Assembly: GCA_018401375.1 (NCBI GenBank)
Contig: JAGYKR010000005.1
Span: forward strand, 59,254 to 123,253
Direction of reading: 5' to 3'
From: Ilumatobacteraceae bacterium
GTDB taxonomy: Bacteria; Actinomycetota; Acidimicrobiia; Acidimicrobiales; Ilumatobacteraceae
DNA length: 64,000 bases
The notes beneath the pieces were generated by a model. It saw only the letters and a program-made list of their open reading frames with translations. It did no database searches and was not told the origin of the DNA. Shown here piece by piece: positions 19,126 to 27,614 of the stretch. The translations under genes were made by a program, and so were the position numbers. How positions within the stretch are numbered: the stretch's first letter is position 1; every line of letters begins with the position of its first letter.

Positions 19126-19455
19126 TCAGGGCACCTGAGCCTGACCCGGGATCTCGAGTGTGACACCGGCCTCAATCCGATCAGGGTCGGTAATCCGGTT
19201 GAGGTCCACAAGCGCCGCCACCGACACCCCGTAACGTTCGGCGATCACCGACAGCGTCTCCCCGCTTTGGACCTCATGAAACTGGCGTTGGGAGACCAAG
19301 GTGGTGGTGGTTGTGGAAGAGGTCGTGGTGGTGGAGCGAATCGGGGGCAGCGTGGTCAACGCACCTTCGGATTCCCCACAGGCCACGAGCCCTGTCGTGG
19401 CCGAGCACAGCAGGCAGATGAGGACATTCCTGATCCGCACCGGCCGCGCCCTCAT
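19126..19455 (-). CDS. LysM-domain lipoprotein
   Basis: The start is trimmed to MRARPVRIRNVLICLLCSATTGLVAC, which has a lipobox. A Thr/Ser linker follows, then a C-terminal LysM domain (HEVQSGETLSVIAERYGVSVAALVDLN). Confidence 0.75.
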   Translation of the reverse strand: MRARPVRIRNVLICLLCSATTGLVACGESEGALTTLPPIRSTTTTSSTTTTTLVSQRQFHEVQSGETLSVIAERYGVSVAALVDLNRITDPDRIEAGVTLEIPGQAQVP

Positions 19456-19587
19456 ATCCGCTGTCCGGCGGAAGGAAAGAAGACGGGGAGAAATGGGATG
19501 AAGAGGAGAAGCGGCAGGAGAAAACATCGGTCAAGGCAGTAATCAGAATCGGAGATAACCGATCTCTCACCGTAGTCTGGCCACAGC

Positions 19588-20541
19588 ATGGACCACAGTG
19601 CAGAACCTAAGCATCGCACGCCTCCCGTGCCAATCCGCGCCTATTCGGGAGCGCGGTCTCCTGATCGCCACTACCGAGTGGACTCCGACGGCGTGTCGAT
19701 CGCAGTCCACGAGTGGGGCCAAGAGTCGGATCCGATTTTGATCCTCGTGCACGGTGGCTTTGACTTCGCTCGGACGTTTGACGGATTCGCCCCGCGGCTC
19801 GCGGCTCGCGGTTGGCGGGTCGTGGCCTGGGATCACCGTGGTCACGGGGATTCACAACACGCCGCTCTGTATTCCTGGGATGCCGATCTCCGCGATGCGA
19901 TCGCCGTGATGACCCATGTCAGCCCTCACTCAGCGGTGCCGGTGATCGGTCATTCCAAAGGCGGCGCACTGATGATCCAACTCGCCGACGCCCAGCCCTA
20001 CCGGATCGCAGCGCTGGTCAATATCGACGGGATTCCCTCCAAGCGGCCGATCCCCGATGTGGCCGAGCATGAACGGACCAAGATGCTGGCGGGAGAGGTG
20101 GCCGGCTGGCTGGACCACCGTCGCAGCACCGCCACCAACCAGCGCAAGCCCGGCACAATCGCTGAACTCGCCACCCGGCGCGGTCGGATGAACCCCCGTC
20201 TTGATCGGGAGTGGCTGGAGTATCTGGTGACCGTCGGAGCTTTTGAATCAGAGGACGGTTGGCGATGGAAGATCGATCCGTCCATGCGGTTCGGTGGATT
20301 CGGGCCATGGCGGCCGGAGTGGGCGCTCGCCCGCCTGCCTGGTTTAGCGATGCCGTTTCTTGGGGTCCTCGTCTCAGAGGTGGAGGAGATGGGATGGGGC
20401 ACGCTCCCTCATCACGTCACCCCGTATCTTCCTGTGGATGGCCGTCTGGAGTTTGTGGAGGGGGCCGGACATTTCGTGCACATCGAACAGCCCGACATGA
20501 TGGTGGACATGGTTCTCGAGCTGTTTGAGCGAGTGGCCTGA
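19588..20541 (+). CDS. alpha/beta hydrolase
   Basis: 317 aa. Contains ILVHGGFDFAR, the nucleophile elbow GHSKGG, and a C-terminal GAGHFVHIEQP. Confidence 0.8.
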   Translation: MDHSAEPKHRTPPVPIRAYSGARSPDRHYRVDSDGVSIAVHEWGQESDPILILVHGGFDFARTFDGFAPRLAARGWRVVAWDHRGHGDSQHAALYSWDADLRDAIAVMTHVSPHSAVPVIGHSKGGALMIQLADAQPYRIAALVNIDGIPSKRPIPDVAEHERTKMLAGEVAGWLDHRRSTATNQRKPGTIAELATRRGRMNPRLDREWLEYLVTVGAFESEDGWRWKIDPSMRFGGFGPWRPEWALARLPGLAMPFLGVLVSEVEEMGWGTLPHHVTPYLPVDGRLEFVEGAGHFVHIEQPDMMVDMVLELFERVA

Positions 20542-21236
20542 TGCCTACCGAGTTTCTGACCCACAACAAGATCCGTCTTGCTCTGCATCACTTGCGCAGC
20601 CTCGATCAGGCTCCCGATCCGCAGTGTCGGCCTCTGCTGTTGCTGCACGGTCTCGGAGAACGGTCCCCCGACACCGTGCCCAGTTGGGCGGTGGCGTGGC
20701 CCGGGCCGATCGCCGCATTGGACTTCACCGGACATGGGGCATCGACGGTGCCTCGCGGCGGCGGCTACTCATCGGAGATGTTGCTGGCCGATGCCGATGC
20801 GGCCCTCGAAGCGCTGACCGGGCCTGATCACACATCATCGAGTACCGGTATCACGGTGCTCGGTCGAGGTCTCGGCGCATACATCGGGCTCCAGCTCGCG
20901 GGCGCCCGCGCCCCACAGGTGTACGGCACGATCCTGTGCGACGGTCCAGGCCTCGCCGGTGGCGCCACCGAGCCAACCTCGATGAACTTCTTCGCTCTCG
21001 CCAACGACGGCCTACCGCCCGACCCTTACGCGCTGGTGGAACTGGGCCGTGATCTGCGGCCCCCGGACTATGCGACCTCGTTCGTCCGACTCGCGGTCAC
21101 CGGATCCCCGTTAGATCAGCCGATCACGGTCTGCGCCGTGTTCCATCCCGCATGGCTTGAGGCCGCCCTCGGAGAACATGGTGTGGCCGAATCCACTTTG
21201 GGGGACGCCCTCTCCTCTTACGCCGCTCTCGGGTAG
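20541..21236 (+). CDS. alpha/beta-hydrolase-fold protein lacking the nucleophile serine
   Basis: 231 aa. Has LLLLHGLGERS, but the elbow reads GRGLG instead of GxSxG. Its start overlaps the upstream stop (TGATG). Confidence 0.6.
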   Translation: MPTEFLTHNKIRLALHHLRSLDQAPDPQCRPLLLLHGLGERSPDTVPSWAVAWPGPIAALDFTGHGASTVPRGGGYSSEMLLADADAALEALTGPDHTSSSTGITVLGRGLGAYIGLQLAGARAPQVYGTILCDGPGLAGGATEPTSMNFFALANDGLPPDPYALVELGRDLRPPDYATSFVRLAVTGSPLDQPITVCAVFHPAWLEAALGEHGVAESTLGDALSSYAALG

Positions 21237-21246
21237 CGTCTGTGTC

Positions 21247-21735
21247 ATGTCCGCAACGCTGATTGCGATCGGAGCGTTCCTGATCATGGAGCCGATCACC
21301 GCTGCTACCCATCGCTGGGTGATGCACGGTCTCGGATGGTTTCTGCACCGTGGCCATCATCAAGTCGGCCGTGGCCGTTTGGAGGCCAACGACGCCTTCC
21401 CAGTGATCTTTGCAGCCATCGTGTGTGTGGGGCTGTGGCTCGGTTTTAATCAGCCGGGTTGGTCCACCCTGGTTCCGATCGGTGTCGGGATCACCGCCTA
21501 CGGTGCGGCCTATGCGACCGTGCACGATGTGTATATCCACGGCCGCGTCCGGATTTTTGGTGACCGCAAGATCGCACTGTTCGAGTACCTCGCAGACTGC
21601 CACCGGATTCATCACTTATATAACGGTGCTCCCTACGGGATGCTGGTGCCGGTAGTTCCCGCTGAGTTGCGCGAGCGTGCCGCTCGCACCTCTCGCGATC
21701 CGCTGTCACGCACACCCGTGGCCCGCAACCTGTGA
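21247..21735 (+). CDS. crtZ: beta-carotene hydroxylase
   Basis: Trimmed to MSATLIAIGAFLIMEP. His boxes HRWVMHGLGWFLHRGHH, VHDVYIHGR and HRIHH, plus NDAFPVIFA and GITAYGAAY, align with Pantoea CrtZ as I remember it. Confidence 0.85.
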   Translation: MSATLIAIGAFLIMEPITAATHRWVMHGLGWFLHRGHHQVGRGRLEANDAFPVIFAAIVCVGLWLGFNQPGWSTLVPIGVGITAYGAAYATVHDVYIHGRVRIFGDRKIALFEYLADCHRIHHLYNGAPYGMLVPVVPAELRERAARTSRDPLSRTPVARNL

Positions 21736-21748
21736 TCAGGCCGGGAAG

Positions 21749-22438
21749 TTAGCCAAGCGGATTCCGACCGCCCCACAGGCCCTCGGATGCGTAGGGCTCA
21801 AATCGGGCGAAAAGTTCTTCCCCGTACCAGTTCTCGTCGCGGGTGCGACGCACCACCTCACGATGTTCGGGGCCCTGAAGCGCAAAGGCACGGGCCGCAG
21901 CGAGAGACTCCCACAGGCTGAACGTGCCCAAGCGGCCAACCGGCGCCTCACCGATTCCCACCACGGCCAATAGGCCCGATGCCGCCGCCAGTTCCTCGCT
22001 CACCGGATGACCAGCGGCACTGAAGGTCCTCCAAGATCGCAGGCGCACATCGGCGCGAGTGATGATCGCCACGGCTCCCGTCTTGTCACCTTCCACCATC
22101 GCTTCGAGCGGATCTACCTTGCGCCAGGTGCCGTGACCGCCCACACGCCGCAATCGGCACTGCCAGAATTCCTCGGCCTCGGACCAGCGGCGCACGATCG
22201 GCGAGTCCGCCAAAAAGGCCTCAAGGTGTTCTTCGCTCTCCCAGACCGCGAACAATGCGGTGCGCCGGAAATCCGCTGACGGTCCGGTGTCAGAACCCTG
22301 CCCGGTGCCGAGCAGGCGCCAAAACCGCAGACCCGGGATGGAGTTCATCCGCAAGCGGTCGGTGCCGAGCCGAGCCATGGCCAGCATCGCTCGGCCGGGT
22401 CGTTCTCGGATCAGATGGAACGAGGCGATGCGATTCAT
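21749..22438 (-). CDS. spheroidene monooxygenase (CrtA)-like protein
   Basis: About 229 aa. IPGLRFWRLLGTGQG...ALFAVWESEEHLEAFL resembles CrtA family N-termini (PGLRFWKL.G.G). The call is from memory only. Confidence 0.45.
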   Translation of the reverse strand: MNRIASFHLIRERPGRAMLAMARLGTDRLRMNSIPGLRFWRLLGTGQGSDTGPSADFRRTALFAVWESEEHLEAFLADSPIVRRWSEAEEFWQCRLRRVGGHGTWRKVDPLEAMVEGDKTGAVAIITRADVRLRSWRTFSAAGHPVSEELAAASGLLAVVGIGEAPVGRLGTFSLWESLAAARAFALQGPEHREVVRRTRDENWYGEELFARFEPYASEGLWGGRNPLG

Positions 22439-22462
22439 GCGGAGACGGACCATGCTAGGGGG

Positions 22463-23140
22463 GTGAGCAACACCAGCACTGTTGTCATCTTTGGCATCCT
22501 CGCACTGTCTGGCCTGCTCGGCTACCTGATCGGGTCAATCCCTGTGGCAAACCTCGTTGCACATCGGTCCGCCGGAGTGGACCTGCGGACCGTTGGCGAT
22601 CAGAACCCCGGATTTTGGAATGCGATGCAGACCCTGGGAGGTCGCGCCTCCACTTTGGTGTTTATCGGCGATGCCGCCAAGGGTCTGATTGCGGCGTTGA
22701 TTCCGACAATCATCGTCATGCCTCTCGGCACCACGGTAGTGACCGGCGTGTCGGTCGATGGCGATGACCGGTTGTGGTGGATTGGCTACGCCGCAGTCGG
22801 GGCGGCGATGGTCGGCCATGCGTTTCCGGTGTTCGCCGGGTTTCGCGGAGGGCGCAGCGTGTTGACCTTCGCCGGAGGGATGATGCTGCTCGCTCCGCTG
22901 CCAACCGCCGGGGCGATTGCCGTGGTCGGACTCTATGCAGCGACCAGCCGTCGGGTCCCCCAAGCGATCCGCATCGGTGTCGCTGCGTTTCCGGTGATTC
23001 AGATCCTGATCGAAGGCCCATACCCCACAGCGGCCACCGGGGTCCTGATGACCTTCATTGGCCTGCGGTTTGCGATGGCGGCGCGGAGTACGCCCGCCCC
23101 TTCCACATCTGACGCGGCCGAAGAATCCCCCGAGCGATAG
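22463..23140 (+). CDS. plsY: PlsY-family (glycerol-3-phosphate/acyl-phosphate) acyltransferase
   Basis: GYLIGSIPVANLV...DLRTVGDQNPGFWNA...GDAAKG...HAFPVFAGFRGGRSV. The GTG start at 22463 was chosen to avoid overlap with the divergent gene. Confidence 0.72.
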   Translation: MSNTSTVVIFGILALSGLLGYLIGSIPVANLVAHRSAGVDLRTVGDQNPGFWNAMQTLGGRASTLVFIGDAAKGLIAALIPTIIVMPLGTTVVTGVSVDGDDRLWWIGYAAVGAAMVGHAFPVFAGFRGGRSVLTFAGGMMLLAPLPTAGAIAVVGLYAATSRRVPQAIRIGVAAFPVIQILIEGPYPTAATGVLMTFIGLRFAMAARSTPAPSTSDAAEESPER

Positions 23141-24206
23141 CGAGAACGGCGATCGGATCAGCCAATGGTGAGGCCCAATAGGCCACCCGATGGGTGAGGT
23201 CACGATGCGCCGTGTATGCCCGCCGGGTACCGGCCAAGGTGCCAAGGCGCAGAGCGAGCAACACCACATCCACTACGTCGCCGCGACCGCTCACAATCCG
23301 CGGTAGGGGAAGCGCCTGAGCTATCGCGACCACGGCCAGGTCACGCCATTGCCGGGCCTGAGGCTCCACCCCTGGGAGTGCGATCGAACGACCCCAGCCC
23401 CGCCACGTGTCGGGGGCGTCCTCATACATCCGCACGGTCAACATCTCCGAGGCATCCAAAAAGCCCACCTGATAGCCGCGCCGAGCGAGACGTCGGGCGA
23501 GTGCAACATCTTCCACGAGTTCACCCGCCACTGCAGCCATCACGCCCTCTGACTTCCAGGTCGCGGTCTGCCCCACCATGCATTGGCCGTTTGCCATCAT
23601 CCGATCGGGCGGAACCCCGGGGACTCCCGGCGGCCCAAACCGGTACACCAAGGTGGTCAAAAAGGCTGGGTGTAACCACTGGGCACCCGGGCTCGGGCAG
23701 TAGAAACGTCCGCCGACGGTCATCAACGCATAGCCCTCCGCTTCGGCTCGGGCCACGAGCGCCACGGGGAGTCGTGGATCGGGCGCGGTATCGGCATCGA
23801 GGGTTACCACCCAGGGCGTCCCGACCGCCGACACCCCCTGCTGAAGCGCCCAGGCCTTTCCGGCCCAACCCTGCTTCAACGGCTCGCCAGTGATCACCCG
23901 AGCTCCAGCCATCCGCGCAATCTCCGCGGTCTGATCGGTGGAGTTGTCGTCTACCACGATCACCTCCGCTACCCCGGGCGCCCCGACCATCGCTGCGAGC
24001 ACCGGGCCGATCCGCGCCGCTTCGTCACGGGCCGGAATGACCACCGTGATCAAGCCCGCAACCCCAGATATTCCGGTCCCAGTTATTACGGCCCCCGGTA
24101 CCGGAGTGACCGCTGGGACCTGGCGGGCGGCACCGCTCAACTGCCGGATCGCCCAGACCCCCGCTCCGGCGCGAATCAGCATCCACACCGCAGATCGGAT
24201 TCTCAT
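23055..24206 (-). CDS. family 2 glycosyltransferase with membrane domain (CrtQ/CruC/CrtX-like carotenoid glycosyltransferase candidate)
   Basis: 383 aa. VVIPARDEAARIG...VIVVDDNSTDQTAEIA is a GT2 DxD-type motif. It is the last gene of the crt operon, and its start overlaps the crtD stop. Confidence 0.75.
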   Translation of the reverse strand: MRIRSAVWMLIRAGAGVWAIRQLSGAARQVPAVTPVPGAVITGTGISGVAGLITVVIPARDEAARIGPVLAAMVGAPGVAEVIVVDDNSTDQTAEIARMAGARVITGEPLKQGWAGKAWALQQGVSAVGTPWVVTLDADTAPDPRLPVALVARAEAEGYALMTVGGRFYCPSPGAQWLHPAFLTTLVYRFGPPGVPGVPPDRMMANGQCMVGQTATWKSEGVMAAVAGELVEDVALARRLARRGYQVGFLDASEMLTVRMYEDAPDTWRGWGRSIALPGVEPQARQWRDLAVVAIAQALPLPRIVSGRGDVVDVVLLALRLGTLAGTRRAYTAHRDLTHRVAYWASPLADPIAVLAIARGILRPRQMWKGRAYSAPPSQTAGQ

Positions 24207-25738
24207 GATCCAGAACTCTTCTTATTGGATCTCGTTGATGCGGAGGGCGCACCCACTAACTCGGCCACGATCCGGGCGCTCATCGTCACCAAAGGCAAGC
24301 CACCACCGGGATGGCTGGACCCACCTACGAGGAACAGATTCCGATAGTCGGTGGTGTTGGAGGGCCGCGAGAATGCTGCCCGACGGCCGTTGGAGGAGGT
24401 GCCGTAGATTGCTCCTCCCGGTGCCCGGTAGCGCTCAGCAAGATCGGTGGGGGTCAACGTGTGCAGCACCTCAATCCGGTCTCTCAGATCCACGCCACGC
24501 CGGGCCAGGCCGCTGAGTACCCGCTCGGTGGCCACGGAACGGTCCACACCGGAGCCTGCACCATCTGGAGCGGGTGCCGTGTTGATCAACAGGAACCAGT
24601 TTTCGTTGCCAGCTGGGGCTTGGCTTGGATCGGTCACCGAGGAGACACAGGCGTAGATGGTCGGGTCATCAGGAATCTCACCCGCTGCGATCTGGGCAAA
24701 CTCGGTCCGATACTCCTCGGAGAACCACACGTTGTGATGGGTGAGTCCCGGGGTCTGTCCCTTCACCCCGGCACAGATCACAAAACCGCTCGAGGAACGA
24801 TCGGCACGCTGCACTTTGCGCAAGGCGGCCGCATCACCCAACAGGTCGCGGTAGAGGTGTTCGGCATCAGCGTTGGCGATCACGATGTCAGCAGTGAGGA
24901 GTTCGCTCGCTTGTGCGGTGGGGTCGGGTTCCACTGCTCGTAACTCGGCCGCAGTGATCCGGCCACCTGAGGTCCGCAGAGCGGTGACCTCGGTGGAGGT
25001 GCGGATCTCCACACCGACGCGGCGAGCTAAGGCCTCAATGGCCGATGCCAGCACCCCGAGACCACCCATTGGATACCAGCACCCATACTTCGCTTCGATG
25101 TGGCTGATACAAGCCAAGGTGGCCGGCGCCCGATACGGCGAAGACCCCGAATAGGTCGCGTAGCGATCTACGAGTTGGACCAGTCGCGGATCACTAAAGG
25201 CCCGGGAGGCGCTGCGATGCAGACTGCGGAGGGAATCGATCGCCCACAGATCTAGCGGTGAACGCATCCGCTTCACCATCTCCCACGGATGACCCATCGG
25301 CCCCGCGAAAAAGGTCCGTTCGCTGACCTCCCAGATCCGCTCGGCGCGATCTGCGTAGCGCTCCCACTCCGCCCCGGATCCGGGGGCCAAACCCTCCACC
25401 GCGGCCGTCGTGGCGCCCGGGTCATCATGAATCAACAACTCCGATCCATCGGTCCAGCGATAACTGAACTGCGGATCGAGACGAACCAGGTCCATCTCAG
25501 CGTTAAGGCTCGTGCCTGCTAGGGCGCAGAGTTCCTCAAACACCGCCGGCAGGGTCATCAACGAGGGCCCGATATCAAATGAGTAACCGCCGTCGGTGAG
25601 CACGGCCAACTTGCCACCCACCTGCGCATTGCGTTCCACCAACGTCACCTGATGGCCGAGCACCTGAAGTCGGATCGCGGTCGCGAGGCCACCCACTCCC
25701 CCACCGATCACCAAGACCGTGGACTGTTCAACCGTCAT
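24203..25738 (-). CDS. crtD: phytoene-desaturase-family carotenoid desaturase (CrtD-like 3,4-desaturase candidate)
   Basis: Trimmed to MTVEQSTVLVIGGGVGGLATAIRL (FAD-binding motif). About 511 aa, with C-terminal LVGGSSHPGGGLP. It is the second CrtI paralog in the cluster. Confidence 0.7.
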   Translation of the reverse strand: MTVEQSTVLVIGGGVGGLATAIRLQVLGHQVTLVERNAQVGGKLAVLTDGGYSFDIGPSLMTLPAVFEELCALAGTSLNAEMDLVRLDPQFSYRWTDGSELLIHDDPGATTAAVEGLAPGSGAEWERYADRAERIWEVSERTFFAGPMGHPWEMVKRMRSPLDLWAIDSLRSLHRSASRAFSDPRLVQLVDRYATYSGSSPYRAPATLACISHIEAKYGCWYPMGGLGVLASAIEALARRVGVEIRTSTEVTALRTSGGRITAAELRAVEPDPTAQASELLTADIVIANADAEHLYRDLLGDAAALRKVQRADRSSSGFVICAGVKGQTPGLTHHNVWFSEEYRTEFAQIAAGEIPDDPTIYACVSSVTDPSQAPAGNENWFLLINTAPAPDGAGSGVDRSVATERVLSGLARRGVDLRDRIEVLHTLTPTDLAERYRAPGGAIYGTSSNGRRAAFSRPSNTTDYRNLFLVGGSSHPGGGLPLVTMSARIVAELVGAPSASTRSNKKSSGS

Positions 25739-25748
25739 CGAGGCTCCC

Positions 25749-26540
25749 CTACTCACGAGCCTGGGCTCGCCGATGGGACCTGAACCGAGACCACACAGCA
25801 GCGATCGCAATCGGCAGCATGGTGGACCCACCCGCTGTAGCCACCACACGGTCTTTAAAGAAGGCTGCGAAACCCACCGTCTCCATCACGCCCATGTAGG
25901 CGTATTGGCCCACGAGATAGCCATCGCCGCCTACTGAGCGATGACCCTTACGTCCCGCCCCCGTTGGCATCAGCACCTCAAGGACTGCCATCACTGCGAT
26001 CCCAGTCAGGAACCAGCCGACATAGTTCGTCAACGGGATCCCTCGATACCGGCCGGGCTGCTCCCACTCCCAGTACCCCTCTGTGGTCATCTGCGGATCA
26101 AGGAACAGATCCCACGCGGTGAGAGCCGCCGATCCGAGCAGCACTCTGCGCAGTCCTGTGGACCGTGATCCGAGTGCGGCATGGGCGGCCTCGCGGGCCG
26201 GAACCGCCATCGCAAACCATGCCGCCGGAACGATGACCGGCACCCCCGATACTTGCGGCTGCAGGGCCTCGGTGTAGTGATAACGACCGAACGGCTTTCC
26301 GGTGCGTGGACCCACATGTTCGATCACCGTGGTCCCGGCAGCCACCACCGCCGCAGCGGTCACCGCAGGGAACCGACCCCACCGAGCGATACTGCGGGTC
26401 AGGGTGCTCGCAAACAATCCGCCTACCGTGACCGATGACAGGATCCGCCGGAGTGGCCCACGTACCGGGGCCAGTGGGGTCGCGATCATGGCGGCCACCG
26501 TGGCCGCTGCGGGCAAGAGGAGCGATCGGACCGGTTTCAT
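25749..26540 (-). CDS. cruF: carotenoid biosynthesis membrane protein (CruF-like 1,2-hydratase family)
   Basis: Trimmed to MKPVRSLLLP. TGKPFGRYHYTE...GVPVIVPAAWF...WDLFLDPQMTTEGYWEWE...GIPLTNYVGWF matches the carotenoid-synthesis (COG2324) family. Confidence 0.7.
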   Translation of the reverse strand: MKPVRSLLLPAAATVAAMIATPLAPVRGPLRRILSSVTVGGLFASTLTRSIARWGRFPAVTAAAVVAAGTTVIEHVGPRTGKPFGRYHYTEALQPQVSGVPVIVPAAWFAMAVPAREAAHAALGSRSTGLRRVLLGSAALTAWDLFLDPQMTTEGYWEWEQPGRYRGIPLTNYVGWFLTGIAVMAVLEVLMPTGAGRKGHRSVGGDGYLVGQYAYMGVMETVGFAAFFKDRVVATAGGSTMLPIAIAAVWSRFRSHRRAQARE

Positions 26541-26550
26541 TGATCCGGTT

Positions 26551-27561
26551 TCATCGGTTCGGGGCGCGCCGCCAGCGCACGGCATCCATTTTGGCGAAGG
26601 CCTTGGAGAGAGCGGGCGGGGTGACCATCTGCCCCACCACCACCGCTTTGGAGGCGGTAGATACCGTGGCTCGCGACCCAAACACATCACAGCCCTGAGA
26701 TTCGATCTGGGTCAGAATTCGGCTATACAGCGTGTGCGCAGCACGGATGCACCGAGCCGAGCGCTCCGGCAACATCGAGATGCCGATATCGGCTGATGCG
26801 TACAACTCCCGACACCGTGCGATCTCAAACTTCATCATCTCCGCAAACTCGGCGGTGCAGCGCCGATCGGTCAGATCCACGCCGAACCGACGGAGATCCT
26901 CTTGGGGGACGTACTGCCGGTTGCGGTCCAGATCCTCTGCGATATCACGCAGAAAGTTGGTGAGTTGGAAGGCGTTGCCGAGGTCTTGGGCGTGAGGAGT
27001 GGCCGCCTCCACATCGGTGGGCTCAAGGATTGGGAGCATCATCTCCCCGATAACCGCTGCGGAGCCATCCATGTACCCGAGCAAATCCTCCCAGGTTTCA
27101 TAGGACTCCACCGTCAGGTCCATGGTCATTGACCTCAGAAACCTACGAAATGCGTCAGGATTGAGATCGAAGGCCCGCACTGTGTGGACCACCGCTTTGA
27201 GGACTGGATCCTCCGAACTGCCAGCGGCAAGGTCCGCGAAGAATTTATCGCCAAATGCGGCCAGAGCCGCGGCACGCTGCTCGACCGGGATCTCGCCGTG
27301 ACCGCCCTCGGGGATCTCGTCCACGATGTCATCGGCATACCGAGCAAACCCGTACAGCGCATGCACATGAGGCCGCTTGAGCGGGGGCAACACCAAGGTG
27401 GACCAGTAGTAGGTGGTGCCGTGCCGCTTATTGAACTCCCGGCACAGTTCATAGGACTCATCGAGACTGACCGGGCCTGTGGGTAACAACTGGGTGGTGG
27501 GAATCGGGGCCGCTGATCCTTTGCCGCGGAGCCGTGCGGTCAACTTCTTCGATGTCACCAC
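26551..27561 (-). CDS. crtB: phytoene synthase
   Basis: 336 aa. Contains YELCREFNKRHGTTYYWS, YGFARYADDIVDE and FQLTNFLRDIAEDLDRNRQYVPQEDL. Confidence 0.9.
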   Translation of the reverse strand: MVTSKKLTARLRGKGSAAPIPTTQLLPTGPVSLDESYELCREFNKRHGTTYYWSTLVLPPLKRPHVHALYGFARYADDIVDEIPEGGHGEIPVEQRAAALAAFGDKFFADLAAGSSEDPVLKAVVHTVRAFDLNPDAFRRFLRSMTMDLTVESYETWEDLLGYMDGSAAVIGEMMLPILEPTDVEAATPHAQDLGNAFQLTNFLRDIAEDLDRNRQYVPQEDLRRFGVDLTDRRCTAEFAEMMKFEIARCRELYASADIGISMLPERSARCIRAAHTLYSRILTQIESQGCDVFGSRATVSTASKAVVVGQMVTPPALSKAFAKMDAVRWRRAPNR

Positions 27562-27579
27562 GCCATTATCACCACTTTG

Positions 27580-27614
27580 GATTCACTGCGTCCGATTCAC
27601 TGCGTCCGATTCAC
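27580..27614. repeat. 14-nt tandem repeat (2.5 copies) in the crtI-crtB junction
   Basis: GATTCACTGCGTCC appears twice, followed by GATTCAC. The third copy contains the crtI stop codon (27611-27613). Confidence 0.9.
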
